Origin: an uncultured Candidatus Saccharibacteria bacterium
Lineage (GTDB): Bacteria; Patescibacteriota; Minisyncoccia; Phycocordibacterales; UBA2100
Length of the DNA stretch: 64,000 nucleotides
Direction: 5' to 3'
Assembly: GCA_964434285.1 (NCBI GenBank)
Contig: CAYSUJ010000003.1
Span: forward strand, 20,992 to 84,991
The translations under genes were made by a program, and so were the position numbers. Below are positions 56,573 to 64,000 of the stretch, in pieces. Under the pieces are notes generated by a model. That model did not search any database and was not told where the DNA came from. It saw only the letters and a list, made by a program, of their open reading frames with translations. Each line of letters starts with the position of its first letter. Within the stretch, counting starts at the first letter, position 1.

Positions 56573-57148
56573 TCAGTACACCGAGCGACCAAGAAGTGCA
56601 AGCCCAACAATTCCGATGAAGTTCATACAAAAAGAGATACCGATAAATACACGCATATTTATTCGTGAGAGACCCATGAGTGCGAGGCCAAATTCATCCG
56701 GAAGGGGTGAGGCAATGAGGAGGGCACCAACGAGCGGAAGAAGCCAGTGAAGAAACGGGTGTCGGAAGAATTTTCTCAACCGCCGGCGCTGCGACTCCCT
56801 CAAAAAAAGAGTTTTTTGTTCATTCACTGCTTCCCGTACGAATAAAAATAAAAAAAGATCCCCTATAACGGCACCGGCCGCGCCAAAGAGCGCAATGAGA
56901 TACACGTTAAATGTCTGAGTGATCTCAAGAAATACGACTGTTGCGGGCACCACCGAGAGCAGTGACGTAAAAAACACACCCGCGATAAAACTTGCTGGTA
57001 GCGCATGCAGCAGAGAATCTGAGACCCAGGAATGTATCGCACCAGTGATCAGAAGTTCATACGCAACATAAAAAGAGATGGCGACAAGGAATGTCGTACG
57101 TGCACGTCGCAAACGGGCTCGATGTTCCTCTGCTGTGACACGACTCAT
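56573..57148 (-). CDS. Hypothetical membrane protein (DedA-like)
   Basis: GA.GAVIGDL.LF.FVR, IASPLPDE.G. Confidence 0.75.
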   Translation of the reverse strand: MSRVTAEEHRARLRRARTTFLVAISFYVAYELLITGAIHSWVSDSLLHALPASFIAGVFFTSLLSVVPATVVFLEITQTFNVYLIALFGAAGAVIGDLFLFLFVREAVNEQKTLFLRESQRRRLRKFFRHPFLHWLLPLVGALLIASPLPDEFGLALMGLSRINMRVFIGISFCMNFIGIVGLALLGRSVY

Positions 57149-57921
57149 AGCGTAAAGAAGAATATAAGAGCAGCGAGAACAATGCGATACCACCCGAACC
57201 ACTCAAATGAGTGAGTGCTCACAAAGTGAATGAGGGCTCTCGCACTCACGTATGCGGCGCAAAATGCTGCAGCGAATCCGAGGAGAAGAAGGTGCCACTC
57301 TGAAAACGCAAAAGAAGAACCGGTGCGAAGAAGATCATATCCGGTGGCGGCAAGCATAGTGGGTATCGCAAGCAAAAAAGAAAAACGCGCTATCTCAACG
57401 CGTGAAAGCCCGAGCGCGAGTCCGCCGAGAATGGTCGCGCCGGCACGCGAGACACCTGGCACGACCGCAAGCGATTGCGCACAGCCTATAAGCACCGCCC
57501 TCCCAAGAGACATATTTGACGCCTCAATCCCCCGCTCTAAAATTAATCCTCTCTTCCGCGCTTGCTCGAAGACAATGAGAACAACCCCTCCTAGAAGAAG
57601 CGCCCACGCGATGATGGTGAGACTCTCAAGAAACACCTCCTTGATGAGTGAGTAGAGCGAAAAACCGACGATTGCCGCGGGAACGAACGCGAGGAGGACG
57701 CGAAGCATCAAGGCATGGTCGGTGACGAGGGTCTTTCGATAGAGCACGAGCAGGCTCGCAATTGCGCCGAGCTGTATCGCAATAATAAAGCTCGTCAAGA
57801 AAGTGTTCGTGGGCACCTCAAGCAAACGCGCGCCGATTACCAAGTGCGCAGTGGATGAGATCGGCAAAAATTCAGTAAAACCTTCAAGTAAGCCGAGGAT
57901 GAGTGCGTGGAAGGGACTCAT
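57145..57921 (-). CDS. uppP: Undecaprenyl-diphosphatase
   Basis: EG.TEFLPISSTAH, IQLGAI, PGVSRAGATI, FSFLLAIP. Confidence 0.97.
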   Translation of the reverse strand: MSPFHALILGLLEGFTEFLPISSTAHLVIGARLLEVPTNTFLTSFIIAIQLGAIASLLVLYRKTLVTDHALMLRVLLAFVPAAIVGFSLYSLIKEVFLESLTIIAWALLLGGVVLIVFEQARKRGLILERGIEASNMSLGRAVLIGCAQSLAVVPGVSRAGATILGGLALGLSRVEIARFSFLLAIPTMLAATGYDLLRTGSSFAFSEWHLLLLGFAAAFCAAYVSARALIHFVSTHSFEWFGWYRIVLAALIFFFTL

Positions 57922-58006
57922 GGTGGGTATTGTACCTTTTTAATTATACCCATACACCCTCGAGACGCGAGACAAAAACGTGCCAACTACGAGGCATGGG
58001 ATTTCA

Positions 58007-58134
58007 GAGAAAACGGCAAAAAGGTGTTAGGTGCAAGGCGCGAGGAAAGGGACCAGCGAGCCGTACTTGCAGTACGGTGAGCGGGGCCCTGGGGCCCCGC
58101 AACGCAGCAGATGACACCTTTTTGCCGTTTTCTC
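58007..58134. repeat. MITE-like element with 23-bp terminal inverted repeats
   Basis: gagaaaacggcaaaaaggtgtta / tgacacctttttgccgttttctc (22/23), internal hairpins ccgtac..gtacgg and gcggggccc..gggccccgc. Confidence 0.85.
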
Positions 58135-58522
58135 ACCAGAAGCCGAAGCCTTTGCCGGCAAGGTATGCCCCCATAACAACCGCAAGCATACCGCCCGACG
58201 TGTACCACGCAGGGGTATTAAACTGTCTGACGAGTTTCGTGATTCTTGTGTAAGGAGCCGTGAGGTAAAAGACTGCCTCTACTACAATCCATGCGCCAAT
58301 GAGCGTAATCACACCACGCCAGTCAGGAGTCCAAATCCAGTGCGTAAGAACGAGAGAAAGACCCGCGATGAGCTGACAGACTCCCACAATCATGAGGAGC
58401 GCTCTATCCTTTAACACATCCATAATGATGTGCATGTACGACTTCTGGCGCATCATGATGATGCCGCCTGCGATCAAGAAGTACAAACCGAATAATTTTG
58501 CCAAAAATATGGAGAGTTCCAT
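58133..58522 (-). CDS. Hypothetical membrane protein
   Basis: MELSIFLAKLFGLYF...GL.LVL.H.IW..DWR..ITLIG; 4 TM segments. Confidence 0.8.
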   Translation of the reverse strand: MELSIFLAKLFGLYFLIAGGIIMMRQKSYMHIIMDVLKDRALLMIVGVCQLIAGLSLVLTHWIWTPDWRGVITLIGAWIVVEAVFYLTAPYTRITKLVRQFNTPAWYTSGGMLAVVMGAYLAGKGFGFW

Positions 58523-58607
58523 GGTGCGTGGTGTTCCCTAAATAATGAGCACATTGTAGCGCTCTTTCAGACGGAACAAGCACGAAATCTGTTGTTGCGT
58601 GGATAAC

Positions 58608-59165
58608 CTACCTCCCCGCCTGCCACGCTCCAATCGCGTCTATAGGATACAAAAGCTGAATAATATTGAGCGCAAGCGCATCACGAATGAAATAAAGCGC
58701 GACAAGCTCAAGAGCGATCACGAGAATGAGCGAAAGCCACGTTGGCCATTTCCAGGCACAGAAAAACCCCGCAATCATCGCGATTACGTCCCCCACCGAA
58801 TTCACGACGCTGTCACCGACGTACCCCTGCGCAAGCGCTTGCTCCCTGTAGCGGTTGATGATCATGTCGGTATTTTCAAACAGCTCCCATCCGATCTCAA
58901 TTCCGATTGCAAGAAAGAGTCGAACCGGCACCGAAAGGCGTGGGAATACAATGCGGAGAAGCGCATAAAAGATCACGCCATGGATCACGTGCGAGAGCGT
59001 GTACCAGTCGGTGAGATGCTGCGAATTCCCATCGGAGAGCACGACACCGTGCCAGAGCTTTACGTAGCCCCCCTCATACATTAACGGCTGGCCCATGAAC
59101 GAGAGGATTGCGGCGTGTGCCATCAAGAAACCGAGAACGACCGCAATAATCGAGAGGAGTCGCAT
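58608..59165 (-). CDS. DUF2585 (UPF0314) membrane protein
   Basis: NSQHLTDWYT.SH.IHG, WE..EN...I.RYR, GDSV.NS..D, IRD.L.LNI. Confidence 0.9.
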   Translation of the reverse strand: MRLLSIIAVVLGFLMAHAAILSFMGQPLMYEGGYVKLWHGVVLSDGNSQHLTDWYTLSHVIHGVIFYALLRIVFPRLSVPVRLFLAIGIEIGWELFENTDMIINRYREQALAQGYVGDSVVNSVGDVIAMIAGFFCAWKWPTWLSLILVIALELVALYFIRDALALNIIQLLYPIDAIGAWQAGR

Positions 59166-59166
59166 A

Positions 59167-60231
59167 TTAACCAAAAGTGAACGTGAATGCTTGTAACCCC
59201 GAACCACGAACGCGGAGTTCGAGTGTATGTTCTTCCCCCTTCGGATTCCTCACGAGGTGATAGAGGTCTTCGCTCCGAATCCGGACGATGCCGTCAGCGC
59301 TTACGTCGGCACCACGCATGGAGCCTATACGGACACCATCATGCCACACTTCGACCTCAGTATCGCTTTCTGCGCTCGCCACCATGAAGACATCTTTCGC
59401 GTGATAGCGGAAGATGATGCGCGCACCGTCCGAGATGGATTCGGCATATTCAGGCTGAATGTTCCAAGAGCCAGCGAGATACAGAGCGTTCGCAAAAGGA
59501 GTTTGCGGAGCCTCCAATGTTTGTACTCCGGACACCAGCCGCTTTCCTTCTGCAAAGCGTTCGTTGCGATCAGATCCGAAGTAGATCTCCGGACTCTGCG
59601 CGAAGCGCTCCGCCTCGGGCATAGACTCTGCCGCGAGCGCACCGCCCTCCGGCGCTTGTAACCCTAGTTTTTCTGCGCGCTCCACGAGCGCCTCGCGAAT
59701 CTTTTTTTCCGTCTCATCATAGGCACCCTCGCCGATGTGGTCGTAGATGATGTTGCCGTCAATGTCGATGAGATATTTACGCGGCCAATAGTTGTTGCCG
59801 TAGGCGCGCCACGTCGCATAGTCATTGTCGAGAACGACCGGAAATTCAATGCCGTGCTTTTTGAGTGCCTCGCGCACGTTGTCGATATCTTTCTCAAAAG
59901 CAAATTCCGGCGTGTGGATGCCGACAATCTCAAGACCATCGTTGCGGTATTTCTCATACCACGCATTCAGATAGGGGAACGTGCGAATGCAGTTGATACA
60001 GGAGTAAGTGACAAAGTCTATAAGAATGACTTTTTTTCCTATCAATTCCCCAAGCGTGAATGGTTCAGCATTCAGAAAACCAGCCGGCCGCGCAATCTCC
60101 GCGTAACGCTTCTCAGAAAAACCAAATGTGGGTTCCGCACTTGGCACCGTGTCATTCTGAAAAATCACCGCAGACGAGGCGAGAATGCCGACCCCGATAA
60201 TGCCGCCGACGAGAACGATGGGATTTTTCAT
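59167..60231 (-). CDS. DipZ-like thioredoxin domain protein
   Basis: DF.TYSCINC.RT, GIHTPEFAFEK, NNYWP, H.GEG.Y, C-terminal FTFTFG. Confidence 0.92.
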   Translation of the reverse strand: MKNPIVLVGGIIGVGILASSAVIFQNDTVPSAEPTFGFSEKRYAEIARPAGFLNAEPFTLGELIGKKVILIDFVTYSCINCIRTFPYLNAWYEKYRNDGLEIVGIHTPEFAFEKDIDNVREALKKHGIEFPVVLDNDYATWRAYGNNYWPRKYLIDIDGNIIYDHIGEGAYDETEKKIREALVERAEKLGLQAPEGGALAAESMPEAERFAQSPEIYFGSDRNERFAEGKRLVSGVQTLEAPQTPFANALYLAGSWNIQPEYAESISDGARIIFRYHAKDVFMVASAESDTEVEVWHDGVRIGSMRGADVSADGIVRIRSEDLYHLVRNPKGEEHTLELRVRGSGLQAFTFTFG

Positions 60232-60953
60232 ATAACTCTTTCGAGGATGCCCTGTTCAAATTTCACGACATCGACGAAGCCGCTCTCGAGGAGCCAGACT
60301 TCAAACTGCTTCTCATAACCGGTCACAATGAGAAGCCCGAGCACGATGAAGAGTACCCCGATACTTCGTTTGAGCCATCCCCGCGAATCCGCAATGCCCG
60401 TCAGGCGATCAGCGAATCGCTGCCCGAAAAGCGCGATGAGGAGCAGTATCAATGAGAGTCCCGCAGCGTAGGCGACGAGATACAGCGTGCCGAGCGCAAA
60501 ACTCGCGGGTAAGACCGATGCGAGAATGACGAAGTAGGTCGGCGAACACGACGAAAACACAGGACCAAGCGCTGCACCGATGAGAACATCTCCCCAGAAA
60601 CTCTTCTTCTGGTAGCCGGCCCCGACGAGTTTGTTGGAATCACGAGAAAAACGATTCACTCCCGGGATGCTCTCCCAAAGCCCTGTAAACATCAGTACTA
60701 ATCCGAAGAGTATGAGGATGCCACCAGAGAGTCCTGTCCAGAACGATTGCGGCACCATGATGAACGCGGTCGAGAACTTGAGGAGGAACGTGAAGAGGAT
60801 GATCGAGAGCGCGAGCGAGCCGACCACGATGTAGGGCGTTGCACGGCTCCTTCCTGTCGCTGAGGAACCGAGCACGACAGGAAGCAGTGGGAGGATGCAC
60901 GGCGCGAGCACCGTGAGCATTCCCGCAATGAACGAGACGGCAAGGAGCGTCAT
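60228..60953 (-). CDS. CcdA/DsbD-type transmembrane electron transporter
   Basis: AG.LT.LAPCILPLLP and GPVFSSCSP; 6 TM segments. Confidence 0.9.
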   Translation of the reverse strand: MTLLAVSFIAGMLTVLAPCILPLLPVVLGSSATGRSRATPYIVVGSLALSIILFTFLLKFSTAFIMVPQSFWTGLSGGILILFGLVLMFTGLWESIPGVNRFSRDSNKLVGAGYQKKSFWGDVLIGAALGPVFSSCSPTYFVILASVLPASFALGTLYLVAYAAGLSLILLLIALFGQRFADRLTGIADSRGWLKRSIGVLFIVLGLLIVTGYEKQFEVWLLESGFVDVVKFEQGILERVI

Positions 60954-61072
60954 CCCGTTAGAAATAGGACGCGGACACCAAACGGCGACCGTACCCTAAG
61001 ACGTTATTGTGAGTAAGTACGACCATGGCTTGTGAAGAGTCTGCGTCCGCGATTTCTAACGGGATCATGTGC

Positions 61073-61654
61073 TTATTGTACCTTGCTCACAAGATCACTG
61101 AGCGCAAGTCCCCCGCTCCACTTGGTGATCAAATTACCTTGTGCATCCACCTGCACAAGCGTGTGCTGGTAAGTGACGCCGTATTTCTGCTTGAGCGCGG
61201 TTTCAGTGTCATAATTCACGTCAAGAATCGTAAGTCCTGCGGGAATCTTCGACATGTTTGCCTTAATATCGCTATCGAGTGCCTTACACGTTGGGCACCA
61301 TGAGGCGCGGAAGAAGAGAACTACGTCTCCTTCATTTGCTTTTGCGAGCTTCGATGCGGCATATGATTCGTATGAACCTTTCTGCATCATTGCGCCCTCG
61401 TCTTTCATCATGACGTCGTCTTTCTTTTCCATCATCGCGCCCTCGTCCTTCATCATTGCGTCCTTTTCCATCATTGCATCGTCTTTTTGCATTGCATCTT
61501 TTTCCATCATGGCGTCACTCTTCTCCGTCATTGCACTATCCTTTTCCATCATAGCTTCGTCCTTCATCATCGAATCGCCGCTTTGATTTGTAACGAACAC
61601 GCCACCCACAATGAGCGCAAGCACGACTACTCCTCCGATAATCCAATTCATCAT
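61073..61654 (-). CDS. Membrane-anchored thioredoxin with Met-rich repeat linker
   Basis: TM segment, (D/G)AMMEK-like repeats, FFRASWCPTC, YGVTYQHT. Confidence 0.9.
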   Translation of the reverse strand: MMNWIIGGVVVLALIVGGVFVTNQSGDSMMKDEAMMEKDSAMTEKSDAMMEKDAMQKDDAMMEKDAMMKDEGAMMEKKDDVMMKDEGAMMQKGSYESYAASKLAKANEGDVVLFFRASWCPTCKALDSDIKANMSKIPAGLTILDVNYDTETALKQKYGVTYQHTLVQVDAQGNLITKWSGGLALSDLVSKVQ

Positions 61655-61705
61655 ATGGTTAGTGATATACACTCGTAATAGACGCAGTGTACATACCCTG
61701 TTTAA

Positions 61706-61727
61706 GATGTAAAGTAGACTTTACATC
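61706..61727. promoter_or_regulatory. Palindromic operator (XRE-type)
   Basis: GATGTAAAGT-AG-ACTTTACATC; degenerate copy at 62321-62342. Confidence 0.75.
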
Positions 61728-61738
61728 CGAACTGTGGA

Positions 61739-62098
61739 TTAAAAATGTGAGTCGCCGTAGAAGCGTGCCGCGAGTTTTGCGCCGATCATAACGATAAGCG
61801 TGAGTGGGACCCAGGGATCTATAGCGTGGCCCATGCCCTGCGCGAGAAGTGCGAGAGTAAGAATCCCAACACCTGAGAGATACGCAGCACGCCCGGCGTG
61901 CGCGCGTAACTGTACTTCTCGCTCATCCCCTGTGCCCTCCCGAATAATGAACGCGACCCATGCGATAAGAAGCACTGCGGCAATCGTAAGCGCCGCCATC
62001 TGTACCACGCTCGGCATCCAATACATGAAGGGATCTACGAGCGTGAAGAGCACGAGCGCGAGTAAGGCCAGAATGACGAATGAAAGCATGTTGTTCAT
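61739..62098 (-). CDS. DUF2178-like membrane protein
   Basis: DERE...R..AGR.AY motif, coupled to the XRE gene. Confidence 0.75.
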   Translation of the reverse strand: MNNMLSFVILALLALVLFTLVDPFMYWMPSVVQMAALTIAAVLLIAWVAFIIREGTGDEREVQLRAHAGRAAYLSGVGILTLALLAQGMGHAIDPWVPLTLIVMIGAKLAARFYGDSHF

Positions 62099-62292
62099 AG
62101 TGAAAAAATATCTTCAACCGGCACCTTAAAGATGCGTGCTAATTTCAAAGCAAGCAAGACCGAGGGTGTGTAATTCCCCTTTTCGATCGCGATGACGGTC
62201 TGTCGCGAGACGCCCGCTTTCTCCGCAAGCTCCTCTTGAGTGAGCGCGCGATTCGTGCGGAGTTTCTGGACAGTGTTAGTGACGGCCTCCAT
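62095..62292 (-). CDS. XRE-family HTH regulator
   Basis: LTQEELAEKAGVSRQTVIAIEKG.Y.PS..LALKLA..F...VEDIF. Confidence 0.95.
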   Translation of the reverse strand: MEAVTNTVQKLRTNRALTQEELAEKAGVSRQTVIAIEKGNYTPSVLLALKLARIFKVPVEDIFSL

Positions 62293-62320
62293 GTACGCGC
62301 ACTTTACGCTCTATCAGAGC

Positions 62321-62342
62321 GATGTCAACTCTACTTTACCTC
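62321..62342. promoter_or_regulatory. Second operator copy upstream of the XRE gene
   Basis: GATGTcAAcT-CT-ACTTTACcTC. Confidence 0.6.
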
Positions 62343-63587
62343 ACCAAGAGCCCTGAGAGCGACGACATATGCCGCGTCCCTGAGTGTCGTTTGAAGACTC
62401 ACCGATTTTTCCCACACCTTCTCCGCAGCAGCTTCCATCTTCTCCTTCAACTTCGCGAGAACCTCATCTTTCCCCCACTTCTCTCCCCGAAGGTTCTGCT
62501 CCCATTCGAAATATGAAACCGCAACACCGCCTGCATTTGCGAGAATGTCGGGGATCACCACCACATTTTTTTCTTTTAGAATCTCGTCGGCCTCGAGAGT
62601 CGTCGGACCATTCGCAAGCTCGAGCACTACCTTCGCCTGCACTGTATGCGCATTTTCCTTTGTGATCGCATTTTCAAGTGCAGCGGGGACGAGGATATCG
62701 ACCGGTAGCGCGAGAATTTCATCGTTGGAAATATCTTTTCCAGCAAACCCGGAAAGCGTTCCTTTTTCTTTTTTATATTTCTCCGCTGCAGCCACGTCGA
62801 CACCTTCGGGTGCATACATGCCGCCTTTTGAATCAGAAAGTGCGACAATCTTGAAACCACGAGCTACGGCATAGTGCGCGAAATAGACGCCAACATTCCC
62901 AAAACCCTGAATTGAAACCGTTACCTCACTTTCCTTTTCCGCAAGGCGACGCCTTGTTCCAGAATATGGCTCTGAATCAAGCTTTTTAAGAACGGCCTCG
63001 AGCGCGTAGCCACCGCCGTATCCCGTCGCTTCGGTTCGACCCTCTGACCCCCCATGCTCTATCGGTTTTCCCGTGACGACTGCAGGTGAATGTTCGCCAA
63101 CATGCTTCGAATACTCATCCGCGATCCAATGCATCATTTGTGCAGTGGAGCCGACATCAGGCGCGGGCACGTCTTTCTCGGGGCCAATCACGTGCGCGAG
63201 TTCTCGCGCGAAGTTGCGCGTGAGGCGCTCAAGTTCGCCAGGCGAAAGTTCTTTTGGATTCACTTCGATACCTCCTTTTCCCCCGCCAAAAGGCACGCCG
63301 ATAACCGCATTTTTTATCGTCATCCAGAACGCGAGCGCTTTCGCTTCGTCGAGATCCACCTGCGGATGGAATCGTAAGCCCCCTTTGTAGGGACCGCGGA
63401 TGTTGTTGTGCTGAACCCGATAGCCGCGAAAAGTCTTCGTCTCCCCCGAATCCATGACAACGGGAACATTCACTTCAACCACGTTATCAGGTTGTTTGAG
63501 TCGATGATGAAGGTCGGGATGTGTGTCGGTTAATTCGAGTGTCTTTTGTAATTGAGCCAAGGCACGTTGCCAGGGGTTGTTTTGCAT
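62331..63587 (-). CDS. gdhA: Glu/Leu/Phe/Val dehydrogenase (glutamate dehydrogenase)
   Basis: GPYKGGLRFHP, PFGGGKGG, DVPAPDV, QGFGNVG, ANGPT, NAGGV.VSYFEW. Confidence 0.93.
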   Translation of the reverse strand: MQNNPWQRALAQLQKTLELTDTHPDLHHRLKQPDNVVEVNVPVVMDSGETKTFRGYRVQHNNIRGPYKGGLRFHPQVDLDEAKALAFWMTIKNAVIGVPFGGGKGGIEVNPKELSPGELERLTRNFARELAHVIGPEKDVPAPDVGSTAQMMHWIADEYSKHVGEHSPAVVTGKPIEHGGSEGRTEATGYGGGYALEAVLKKLDSEPYSGTRRRLAEKESEVTVSIQGFGNVGVYFAHYAVARGFKIVALSDSKGGMYAPEGVDVAAAEKYKKEKGTLSGFAGKDISNDEILALPVDILVPAALENAITKENAHTVQAKVVLELANGPTTLEADEILKEKNVVVIPDILANAGGVAVSYFEWEQNLRGEKWGKDEVLAKLKEKMEAAAEKVWEKSVSLQTTLRDAAYVVALRALGEVK

Positions 63588-63596
63588 CTGAAAATT

Positions 63597-64000
63597 CTAC
63601 TCTTCTTTGGGAATTATGCGAAACACCCGATCATCATTCGCTGCAGGAGAACCGCGGCCGTCGCGGTTTGAGGTGGTGAAGTAGATGAGGCCGTCGGGAC
63701 CTTCCGTGACTTCACGAATGCGGCCGTACTCACCGTCGTAGAGTTTTTCCCGCCCTAAGACAACGTCTGGATTGTCTGGATCAATCTGCACGCGCCATAA
63801 GCCTTCGCCGCGCAGCGCGCCGAAGAATATGTTGCCCTTAAATTGCGGGAAGACAGTGCCCGAATACACGAGTGCCGAGCCGGGGGCCTCTGCGGGAGTG
63901 TAGAGCGCTATCGGTGCAATGGTGCCCTCTGCGGTTTTCTCATGCGAGACGAGCGGCCAGCCATAGTTCCCACTCTTCACGATGCGGTTAATTTCATCGC
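63597..64000 (-). CDS. PQQ-dependent sugar dehydrogenase (GSDH family), C-terminal part
   Basis: DEINRI..SGNYGWP, GRIREV..GPDG.IY.TTSNRDGRG; runs off the window end. Confidence 0.9.
   Translation of the reverse strand, partial: DEINRIVKSGNYGWPLVSHEKTAEGTIAPIALYTPAEAPGSALVYSGTVFPQFKGNIFFGALRGEGLWRVQIDPDNPDVVLGREKLYDGEYGRIREVTEGPDGLIYFTTSNRDGRGSPAANDDRVFRIIPKEE

Overview
Gene-dense bacterial window read with genetic code 11. The gene set and style suggest Patescibacteria/CPR, probably Parcubacteria (inference from gene content, not a database hit). Layout: (1) 1-9.2 kb core genes: murJ fragment, membrane-TPR protein, RNase P RNA with an AT-rich hairpin insertion, and nrdAB whose beta subunit has the class Ic (Mn/Fe) signature. 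(2) 9.3-17.2 kb copper/redox/stress block: DUF305, a membrane-anchored NirK with Gln at the type-1 Cu axial Met position, DUF2202, Hsp20, TrmB-PAS regulator. (3) About 17.2-37.1 kb, a putative integrative element next to tRNA-Ser(GGA). It carries a large serine recombinase, an excisionase-like HTH, a ParB-DNA methyltransferase, two HEPN-like genes and a tightly coupled 8-gene operon: G1P-dehydrogenase-like, kinase-like, sulfotransferase-like, deaminase, archaeal-type SAM synthetase, HxGH-nucleotidyltransferase/APS-kinase fusion, histidine phosphatase and cupin. This operon is the best candidate for an undescribed system. (4) 37.2-64 kb core genes: htpX/lemA split by a four-helix-bundle pseudogene, groESL, secG, rnj, mutY, nth, yvcK, SAM-riboswitch-metK, uppP, a CcdA/thioredoxin module with an XRE operator, and gdh. 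No CRISPR array or rRNA seen. All family calls come from motif recognition by eye; no searches were run.
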